A stretch of 64,000 bases of DNA from Vicinamibacteria bacterium (lineage in GTDB: Bacteria > Acidobacteriota > Vicinamibacteria > Marinacidobacterales > Marinacidobacteraceae), in contig OZ241322.1 in assembly GCA_965199715.1 (NCBI GenBank), forward strand, positions 1,024,001 through 1,088,000. The letters run 5' to 3'. The stretch's first letter is position 1. Each line of letters starts with the position of its first letter. A program made the translations under genes and the position numbers. Under the pieces are notes generated by a model, which searched no databases, had not been told where the DNA came from, and saw nothing but the letters and a program-made list of their open reading frames with translations. Of the stretch, positions 47,510 to 55,278 are shown in pieces.

Positions 47510-48852
47510 GCGTCCTCTTCCTCGCCGCGCTCGGGTTCGCGCAGCCGGCCGTCGAGCCGCCGGCGCGGGACCAGCGCCATTACGACCTGCTGAAGGCGGT
47601 CTCGGCGGATCGCATCGAGAGGGACGTCCAGACGCTCGTCGGCTTCGGCACGAGGCACACGATGTCCGAGACCGAGAGCGAGACGCGCGGGATCGGCGCC
47701 GCGCGACGGTGGATCCACGCCGAGTTCACCCGCATCTCCGAGGCGTGCGGCGGCTGCCTCGAGGCGTCCTTCCAGCGCCATGTCGTCCCCGGGCGAGAAG
47801 GGAGCCGCATCCCGACGGACACCGAAGTGGTGAACGTGCTCGCGACCCTGCGCGGCGCGGGTGATCCCGGCCGCTACGTGATCATGTCGGGGGACATCGA
47901 CTCGCGGGTGAGCGACAACGGGAACTTCACCGACGACTCGCCGGGCGCCAACGACAACGCGAGCGGCATGGCCGGGGCCATCGAGGCGGCGCGGGTGCTG
48001 AGCCGTCACGCCGGCAGCTTCTCGGCCACGATCGTCCTCGCCGGGCTGTCGGGAGAGGAGCAGGGCCTCTACGGCGGGCGCCACATGGCCGCGGTCGCGG
48101 CCGAGGAAGGGTGGAACATCGAGGGCGTCCTGAACAACGACATGATCGGGAACATCGAGGGCGTGGACGGGGTCATCGCCAACAACGTCTTCCGGGTGTT
48201 CTCCGAGCCGACTCCGGTCACCGAGACCGAGGAGGCGCGCCGCGCCCGGAGGACCATGGGCGGCGAAGTGGACGGGGTCTCGCGCCAGTTGGCCCGCTAC
48301 GTGGCGCGGATGACCGACGACTACGTCCCGAACCTCGACGCGCAGCTCATCTACCGCCTCGACCGGTTCGGCCGCGGCGGCCACCACCGGCCCTTCAACG
48401 ACGCCGGCTTCCCCGGAGTCCGGATCATGGAGAGCCACGAGAACTACCGGCGGCAGCACCAGGATCTGCGGGTCGAGGACGGGATCGAGTACGGCGACGT
48501 GATCGAGGGCGTGAACTTCGCCTACGCGGCGAAGCTGACCGGGGTCAACGTGATCTCGCTCGCCGGGCTCGCGTGGGCGCCGGCGCCGCCCCGAAACGTC
48601 TCGATCGGGGGCGCGGTGCGGGCTTCGGCCTCGCTCGCGTGGGATCCGGTCGAGGACGAGAACCTCGCGGGCTACCGGGTGTACTGGCGCGACACGACCG
48701 CGCCGCAGTGGACCCACTCGCGGTTCGTCGGCGACGTGACCGAGTGGACGTTCGAGAACCTCGTGATCGACAACTTCCTGTTCGGAGTCGCCTCGGTCGG
48801 CCAGCGCGGGAACGAGAGCGTCGTCAGCTTCCCGCTGGCGCGCCGCCGCTGA
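47506..48852 (+). CDS. M28 family metallopeptidase with C-terminal FN3-like domain
   Basis: PGANDNASG, GEEQGL, NNDMIGN, RGGHH.PF, QHQD. Confidence 0.9.
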   Translation: MSVLFLAALGFAQPAVEPPARDQRHYDLLKAVSADRIERDVQTLVGFGTRHTMSETESETRGIGAARRWIHAEFTRISEACGGCLEASFQRHVVPGREGSRIPTDTEVVNVLATLRGAGDPGRYVIMSGDIDSRVSDNGNFTDDSPGANDNASGMAGAIEAARVLSRHAGSFSATIVLAGLSGEEQGLYGGRHMAAVAAEEGWNIEGVLNNDMIGNIEGVDGVIANNVFRVFSEPTPVTETEEARRARRTMGGEVDGVSRQLARYVARMTDDYVPNLDAQLIYRLDRFGRGGHHRPFNDAGFPGVRIMESHENYRRQHQDLRVEDGIEYGDVIEGVNFAYAAKLTGVNVISLAGLAWAPAPPRNVSIGGAVRASASLAWDPVEDENLAGYRVYWRDTTAPQWTHSRFVGDVTEWTFENLVIDNFLFGVASVGQRGNESVVSFPLARRR

Positions 48853-48858
48853 GGCGGC

Positions 48859-51441
48859 TCACTCCCGACCCATCGCCCGCGCCTCGGCGAGGAACCCCTC
48901 GTAGATGGCGCGGGCCTCGTCGAACTGGGCGTACACGTGCGCCTGCTCGGCCTCGGAGCGCCAGTACTCCCACGCCTCGGCCATCTCGCGCAGCCGGTCG
49001 ATCCAGCGGATCGAGTACTCGGCGGCGGCGGCGCTGCGCACCGGCTGGTCGCCCGCCATGACCCACACCGGGTTCGTGAAGGCCTGCGCGTAGAGGCAGT
49101 CGAGCGGGCGACGCTCCTCGGGCGATCCCTCGGCGCGCAGCAGCAGCCAGCCACTCGCGTCCATCCGGACGGTTCCCGACGCCTGCGCCGAGCGGCGGTC
49201 GGCGCCGAGGGGAACCTCGGCGACCGTCTCGCCGCCCGAAACCACCCACGCCCGCTCGAGCGGGGTCGAGGACCGGATCCACGCGCTCCACTCGACCTCG
49301 CCGCCGGCGTCCGGGAGCCGGATCTCGTCGCCGGGAAGGCGGCCGTCGACGCGGAAGTCGAGCAGCGGCCCGCAGCTCACGACGGCCCGCCCCTCGCGGA
49401 TTCCGGCGAGGAACGCGTCGAGGTCGAGTCCGGCTTCGCCGGTGTGGACGTAGGTGCGGATCGAGCCCACCAGCTTCGAGCGCTGCATGTTGCTGATCGA
49501 GTCCTCGCCGCCGACCGCGGTCACCCGCAGGCCGTTGTTCAGCGTCGCGTACCAGGGGAAGAACCCGGCGCGGGTCGATTGGGACCACTCCACGCCGTGC
49601 GTCGTGCCGAGCGCCGCGTCCACCATGTAGCCCTTCGCGCCCCCGAGCTGCCCGGGTTCGCCGTCGGGGCCGACCAGCGGGTCGTTCTCGCCGGAGAAGG
49701 CGTGGACGTAGGCGACGGTCGCGCCCTGCGCCAGCGCCTTGCGGAACATGTCGGTGTTCGACGGGTAGAGGCTCTCGATCCCGGTGCCCTCGTAGCCGGT
49801 GACGTACGGCGAGATGAGGTGGTCCTCGAGCCCGAAGTAGAAGACGTGGCCGTAGAACGGCGGCCGGTACTCCTGTCCCACGACCAGAAGCCGCTCGTCG
49901 GTCGACAGCGGATGGGCGCCGCCCCCGGGGACGAAGAACTGGTAGTCGAGGATGCGGTTGTCCTTGTTCGCGACCTGCTCCAGCACCACGTCCTGGTCCT
50001 CGGCGTCGGACATGAACATCAGGTTCTCCAGCGTGTTGTGGAGGTTGCCGGCGTAATTCATGTGGACGTGGGTGGAGCCGCTGATCCAGCCCTTCGCCGC
50101 CATGTCGGTGATCCGGGGAAGGCGGATCGTGAGATCGGTCACGTCGTTCTCGGCGATCTCGACCGTCATGCGCACCGGCTCGTACTCGAAGCCGCGCACG
50201 GCCTCGATCTCGAGCCTTCCGACGGGAACCTCCATCCGGAAGCTCCCCGCCTGGTGGAACGAGTGCTCGTTCGCGCCGCCGATCCGGGCGTAGGCGTCCG
50301 GCGGAGCGTAGAAGCGGCCGTCGCCCGCCCGCAGGTGGATGCGGGCCGCCGCCTCGGCGCCGGTCCCGTCATCGACGGTGCGCACCTGGAGCACGCCCAC
50401 CGGGCGGCGCCAGTTGCGGCGGGTGATCTTCACGATCCGGCGCTCGCCCCCGTAGGTCTCGAGCAGCGCGAGCTGCGGCAAGCCGCCGGCGTTGTCGATG
50501 TAGGCGATCCACTCGCCGTCGGGCGACCAGCGGGGATGGAAGGCGTCGTGCTCGAAGAACGTGAGCTTGTATGGCGAGCCGCCGTCGGTGGGCTGCACGT
50601 AGAGGTTCGAGAACTGGTCCGCCGCGCCCCCGGTCGAGGAGTACACGAACCGCTTGCCGTCGATCGAGACGTCGGGACGGGCGCGGTAGAGAGACTGCTC
50701 GTCGAGGACGCTCACGGCCTCGTCGAAGCCGTCCGCCGCGAGCGGAACCCGGACCACGTCGCCGGATCCGAGCGGGACCTCGTGGTTCGAGACCAGGAGC
50801 AGCTCCCGCGAGTCGGGCGTCCAGGCGGGGGTGATGTGCATGTCCCACGGGCCGAAGTAGAGCCGGTCCTTGCCGTAGTTCTCGTCGCGGGTGAGCGCGA
50901 TCTCCTCGTCGCCGAGGGCGCCGTCGCGGAAGTCGCGGACGTAGGCGTTGAAATAGCCCGACGGCTTCGTGGACACGTAGGCGAGCCGGGTCCCGTCCGG
51001 CGAGAGGACCGGGTCGGTGTGGAGGAACTCGTCGTCCAGCAGCGCCCGGCTCTCGCCGGTCTCCAGATCCACGACCGAAATTCCGATGTTCCGCCCGTTG
51101 TCGTCGTCCGTGTACACGACGTAGCGCCCGTCCGGGGACCACGTCGGCAGCGAGTGGTAGCCGGGACCCGAAGTCAGCTCGTCGGCGATCCCGGTGGCGG
51201 GATCGACGCGCCAGATGGAGCCCGACATGGCGACCGCGATGCTCGTTCCGTCCGGCGACCAGGCGGGCGCCCACGGGGTGCTGCTGGGCGCCGGCGGGAA
51301 CAGGTAGTTGTGCATGTAGTTCCCGCCGTGGCGCGCCGCCGGATAGGCGCCGGCGACTCCTTCGGCGATGGACTGGGCCCGGGACGGCGCGGCCGCAAGG
51401 GCGAGAGCGAAGGCGGCGAGGAGGGCGGTTCGGATGCGCAT
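48859..51441 (-). CDS. Secreted PD40/TolB-like plus CehA/McbA (PHP-like) metallohydrolase
   Basis: Signal peptide, WSPDG repeats, GW.SG.THVH, GQEY...GH, YVH, GGED, A.TNPVW. Confidence 0.85.
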   Translation of the reverse strand: MRIRTALLAAFALALAAAPSRAQSIAEGVAGAYPAARHGGNYMHNYLFPPAPSSTPWAPAWSPDGTSIAVAMSGSIWRVDPATGIADELTSGPGYHSLPTWSPDGRYVVYTDDDNGRNIGISVVDLETGESRALLDDEFLHTDPVLSPDGTRLAYVSTKPSGYFNAYVRDFRDGALGDEEIALTRDENYGKDRLYFGPWDMHITPAWTPDSRELLLVSNHEVPLGSGDVVRVPLAADGFDEAVSVLDEQSLYRARPDVSIDGKRFVYSSTGGAADQFSNLYVQPTDGGSPYKLTFFEHDAFHPRWSPDGEWIAYIDNAGGLPQLALLETYGGERRIVKITRRNWRRPVGVLQVRTVDDGTGAEAAARIHLRAGDGRFYAPPDAYARIGGANEHSFHQAGSFRMEVPVGRLEIEAVRGFEYEPVRMTVEIAENDVTDLTIRLPRITDMAAKGWISGSTHVHMNYAGNLHNTLENLMFMSDAEDQDVVLEQVANKDNRILDYQFFVPGGGAHPLSTDERLLVVGQEYRPPFYGHVFYFGLEDHLISPYVTGYEGTGIESLYPSNTDMFRKALAQGATVAYVHAFSGENDPLVGPDGEPGQLGGAKGYMVDAALGTTHGVEWSQSTRAGFFPWYATLNNGLRVTAVGGEDSISNMQRSKLVGSIRTYVHTGEAGLDLDAFLAGIREGRAVVSCGPLLDFRVDGRLPGDEIRLPDAGGEVEWSAWIRSSTPLERAWVVSGGETVAEVPLGADRRSAQASGTVRMDASGWLLLRAEGSPEERRPLDCLYAQAFTNPVWVMAGDQPVRSAAAAEYSIRWIDRLREMAEAWEYWRSEAEQAHVYAQFDEARAIYEGFLAEARAMGRE

Positions 51442-51623
51442 CGGGATCCTCCGGGGGCGGGTGCGGCCCCGTTTCGGAGCATACCCGCAACGAGTTTTCC
51501 CCGATGGGGCGATTTCGCGCACGTTTTTCGCGTTCGTCACGAGCATGCCCGCATGAGCAATTGCGCCCCGACCCGAGACCCGCGCCCGCAAGCCCCGACA
51601 CTCCTCTGGTGGGATGGAGACAG

Positions 51624-52040
51624 GTGAAGCCGCGGGCCCGGCCCGATGCGTGGACCATCGGCATGTTCGCGGCGTTCGTGACGCCGGGTGCGGCGTTCGT
51701 CACGAATTCGGGTTCCGCGAACGCCGCGCTCAACCAGGGCCTGGACGGCATCCGGGCCGAGATGCGCCGTGAACTCGGTCAGCGCTCCGAGCGCGTCCTT
51801 CGACTCGAAAAGCAGGGCCTGGACTTGCTGTTGGGAGCGCTCCGACTCCGGGGCCCGAACGGAGCCGTCGAGGAGGAGGTCGCCGACCCGAGGCGGCGGA
51901 TCGCCGAGTTCGGGGAGCACGTCGCCGACTTCGTCCCGCGGGGGGCCGAAGTCCTGCGGATCGAGAAAGTCAAGGCAAGGATCGTCACTGCGCGCGAGCG
52001 GCTCGCGAAGGCGGAGGAGAGGATCGCCGCCGGGCGCTGA
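51624..52040 (+). CDS. Small hypothetical protein (hydrophobic N-terminus plus coiled coil)
   Basis: GTG with GGAG upstream; heptad-like LDGIRAEMRREL...RERLAKAEER. Confidence 0.5.
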   Translation: MKPRARPDAWTIGMFAAFVTPGAAFVTNSGSANAALNQGLDGIRAEMRRELGQRSERVLRLEKQGLDLLLGALRLRGPNGAVEEEVADPRRRIAEFGEHVADFVPRGAEVLRIEKVKARIVTARERLAKAEERIAAGR

Positions 52041-52043
52041 CCC

Positions 52044-53600
52044 TCAAGCCCCGGCGGTCGGCATCGGGCGGTCGCGGTCGTGGTCCACGACGCACAGGAA
52101 CCCGAACGGCGCCCCGCTCTCGTTGCGCAACTGGTGCGACTCCAGCGGGCCGACGCAGGCGACGTCCCACGGGCGCAACGGCAGCCTTCGCTCCCCGAGC
52201 GCCAGCACGCCCTCGCCCCGGGCGCCGATGACGATGTGGGTGTGGACGTGCCGCTCGAGGCTCGTGTGGCCGCCCGGCTCCACCTCGAAGTACCGCAGGT
52301 CGCAGCGGGTGCGCTCGCCGAACTTGCCCACGAGCTCCACCCGCCGCACGCCCCGGAAGGCGAGGTCGGTCGCGTCCTTGTAGGGCGAGGACTGGCGCCC
52401 GGCCCAATTCCAGTCGCCGAACGCGAGCCGGCGCGGGCCGTCGGAGCCGTCGCTGGACGGCCGCTCGGGTGGGATCGCCACCTCGACGAAGGCTTCCCGC
52501 AGCCGGTCCATGGCCATCCGGGTCGCGTCCTCGACGCCCGCCGGATGCGCGAGCAGCGAACCGCCGATCAGCACCGCCGCGTCGGGGCCGTACCGGGCGG
52601 CGACTTCTGCGACGTCGTCCACCGAGATCCCGCCCGCAGGCGCCGGAAACGCCGGCGCCAGGCCGCCGAGCGGCTCCTGGAGCCGCTCGGTGATCGCGCG
52701 GCACGCTTCTTCGGGGTAGCCGAAACGGCCGCCGAGGTCGGGGAAGATCGAGACGTCCGCGCCAGCGAGGCGGAACAGCGTCCCGAGCAGGACGCCCGGG
52801 GCGACGCCCTGCGAGCCGCCGTGGGTGTAGGCGCCGGTGAGCGAGGGGTGCGCCATGAAGATGAGCGGCCAGTTCGCGGACAGCGTCCGCAGCGCGTCGA
52901 GGCCGACGATGAGCGGACAGACGAGCGCCCCCGCGACACCGGCGGCGGCGAGGAACTCGACCCGTCGCTCCAGTTCGTCGGACGGACCGCCGACGTGCGG
53001 CAGGTAGAGGCACTCGCGGCCGGACGCCTGGTTCGCCCGATCCACGGCGGCGGCGCACGCGAGCACCCGCTCCCGGAAGACCTCGAACGAATCGACGAGG
53101 TTCTGGTCGTCCTTGACCAGATCGCCCCCGCCCCGGGCGAAGCTCCCCGCGATCGCCGCCAGATGCTCATGGCTCGATCCACGGGGCTTCAGCGCCGTCG
53201 CGAGCAGCGGCCGCCCGAGGACGCCGCGCCGCCGGCGCACTCCGGCGATCCCGTGCGACGGTCCCGGCAGCGACGCGACGAGCGCCGCCGGCGGGATCAG
53301 ATCCACGAGGCGCACCCCCGGCACCATCGACACGTTCCCGTACGCCACGCTCTGGAGCGCGAACAGGTCCTGCGCCAGCTCCGGCGCGTAGGTCACGGCG
53401 GCGAGACACGCGCCGTCGGCCTTCTCGACCGACTCCACCGCGCCGACGAGCCGCTCCCGGATCGCCGGCCAAATGATCGCCTCGGGAACCTCGACGGTCT
53501 GCTCCACGGCCAGCGCCCGGGCCAGCTCCTCGGCTTCGGCGAGCGGTCGTTCCAACCGATAGACCGCCCGGAGGCGCTCGCCGGGCGCGGGTCTCGTCAT
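52044..53600 (-). CDS. RuBisCO-like protein (form IV, R. rubrum/DeepYkr type) fused to a C-terminal methylsulfurylase-type cupin
   Basis: RLP: EQTVE, ALKPRG, GGDLVKDDQN, MAHPS, IFP..GGRF, PAPAGG, LIGGSL. Cupin (about 52044-52430): PYK, LRYFEVEPGGHTSLERHVHTH, HQLRN, GFLCVVD.DRDRP. Confidence 0.9.
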   Translation of the reverse strand: MTRPAPGERLRAVYRLERPLAEAEELARALAVEQTVEVPEAIIWPAIRERLVGAVESVEKADGACLAAVTYAPELAQDLFALQSVAYGNVSMVPGVRLVDLIPPAALVASLPGPSHGIAGVRRRRGVLGRPLLATALKPRGSSHEHLAAIAGSFARGGGDLVKDDQNLVDSFEVFRERVLACAAAVDRANQASGRECLYLPHVGGPSDELERRVEFLAAAGVAGALVCPLIVGLDALRTLSANWPLIFMAHPSLTGAYTHGGSQGVAPGVLLGTLFRLAGADVSIFPDLGGRFGYPEEACRAITERLQEPLGGLAPAFPAPAGGISVDDVAEVAARYGPDAAVLIGGSLLAHPAGVEDATRMAMDRLREAFVEVAIPPERPSSDGSDGPRRLAFGDWNWAGRQSSPYKDATDLAFRGVRRVELVGKFGERTRCDLRYFEVEPGGHTSLERHVHTHIVIGARGEGVLALGERRLPLRPWDVACVGPLESHQLRNESGAPFGFLCVVDHDRDRPMPTAGA

Positions 53601-55246
53601 GCGCCGGGTTTCTCCCAGAGCACGCGCCCGCCCACGATCGTCATCTCGACCTCCATGTCGAGGAGCGCTTCCGGGGGAACGAGCCGCGGATCCTCAGGAA
53701 GCACCGCGACGTCCGCGAGCATCCCCGGCGCGAGCGTCCCCTTCACGGCTTCCTCCCGGGTGATCCGGGCCCCGTTCGCGGTGTAGGCGACCAGCGCGTC
53801 CTCCACCCCGATGGCCTCGTCCGGACCGTACGCCGCGCCGGACATGCCGCGGCGCGCGGTCGCGGCGTAGAGCCCGACCATCGGGCCGATCGGCAGGATG
53901 TCGCTCGACAGCGCGACGCGGACGCCCCGGTCCGTCAGCGAACGAACCGGGTTGTTCCGTTCGAGGCGGTCGCCGTCGAGGTGTTCGCGGTAGCGGCCCT
54001 CCAACGTGTAGGTGAAGTTGGGCTGCTGGATGACCGCGATCCCGAGCTCCGCCATGAGGTCCATGGTCGCGTCGGACGGGGGCACGGTGAAGTGGTTGAG
54101 CGCGTGCCGATGGTCCTCGCGCGGCGTCTCCCGCAGCGCGTCGGCGAACGCGGAGACGGCGAGCTCGATCGCGGCGTCGCCGATGGCGTGGAAGGCGAAC
54201 TGCCAGCCCATCCGGTGGGCCTCGTCCACGATCGCGCGGAACTCGGCTTCGGGACGCACGAGGCGTCCGCGGTATTCGGCCTCGCCCCGGTAGGGCTCGC
54301 GGGTCCACGCCGCCGGCCCGGTGAAGCCGCCGTCCACGAACGCCTTCAGCGGACCGACCCGGAGCCGATCGTCCCCGTCCCCGCTGAGCCGCCCGAAGGC
54401 GCGCATGGCCTCCGCTCCGGCCCAGCGGATCTGGACGGCGGCGCGCGGCAGCTCCTCGCCGCGCTCGCGATAGACCGACTCCCACTCGGCGAAGCCTTCG
54501 GGGCCGACTCCGGCGTGGACGATGCTCGTGATCCCGAGCGGCAGGAGGTCCCGAAGCGCCTCGACGAAGCTCTCGCGCCGCTCTCCGGGCGTCGGGTCGG
54601 GCACGAGCCGCGAAACGAGGTCCTGGCGCTCGCGGATGATCCCGTTGAGGCGTCCCCCGGCGTCCCGCTCGATGACCCCGCCGTCCGGCTGCGGCGTCGT
54701 CTCGTCCACCCCGGCGAGCGCGAGCGCGAGGCTCGAGGCCACGGCGCTGTGTCCCCCGGCGCGGGTCAGAAGGACCGGATTCTCCGGGGCCGCCGCGTCC
54801 AGATCGGCTCGCAGGGGCCGGCGACGCTCGACGACCTCGTCCTCGGACCACCCGTAGCCGGTGATCCACTCGCCGGGGCCCAGCTCGTCGGCCCTCGCCG
54901 CCACGAGCCGCCGGATCTCCTCGATGGAGGCGACGCCGCCGAGCGGCACGTGCCGGCGGGCGCGCCCCCGGACGTGGATGTGGGCGTCGTTGAAGCCGGG
55001 GATCGCGATCCGCCCGGCCAGATCCACCTCCCGCGCCGCCCGGTACCGGTCCCGCAGCCCCTGGCCGACGGCCAGCACGCGGCCGTCCCGGATCGCGAGG
55101 TCGGTTCCGGTGGAGCGGGCCTCGTCCAGAACGAGAACCGTCCCCGAATGGAGGAGGAGATCCGCGGGCTCCGGGGCGGCGCACTGCGCGCTGAACAGGA
55201 GCGCGAGCGGAAGAACGCGCCGGCGCAGCACAATACCGGCGATCAT
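53597..55246 (-). CDS. Amidohydrolase (YtcJ / amidohydrolase_3 family), probable lipoprotein
   Basis: PGFNDAHIH, K.FVDG, HAIGD, LSSD, AYT.NGA, G.LAD; SAQC possible lipobox. Confidence 0.9.
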   Translation of the reverse strand: MIAGIVLRRRVLPLALLFSAQCAAPEPADLLLHSGTVLVLDEARSTGTDLAIRDGRVLAVGQGLRDRYRAAREVDLAGRIAIPGFNDAHIHVRGRARRHVPLGGVASIEEIRRLVAARADELGPGEWITGYGWSEDEVVERRRPLRADLDAAAPENPVLLTRAGGHSAVASSLALALAGVDETTPQPDGGVIERDAGGRLNGIIRERQDLVSRLVPDPTPGERRESFVEALRDLLPLGITSIVHAGVGPEGFAEWESVYRERGEELPRAAVQIRWAGAEAMRAFGRLSGDGDDRLRVGPLKAFVDGGFTGPAAWTREPYRGEAEYRGRLVRPEAEFRAIVDEAHRMGWQFAFHAIGDAAIELAVSAFADALRETPREDHRHALNHFTVPPSDATMDLMAELGIAVIQQPNFTYTLEGRYREHLDGDRLERNNPVRSLTDRGVRVALSSDILPIGPMVGLYAATARRGMSGAAYGPDEAIGVEDALVAYTANGARITREEAVKGTLAPGMLADVAVLPEDPRLVPPEALLDMEVEMTIVGGRVLWEKPGA

Positions 55247-55278
55247 GCCACGGCCCCGCCGTGGAAGGAGGAACTCAC

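Noticed and set aside
52044-53600. CO2-fixing RuBisCO / Calvin cycle
   Set aside because: Lacks the KDDE, KPKLG and loop-6 signatures of forms I-III, and there is no prk or small subunit. It is a form IV RLP.
55247-55278. Cobalamin or other riboswitch ahead of the TonB receptor
   Set aside because: Only 32 bp of intergenic space and no recognisable aptamer motifs.
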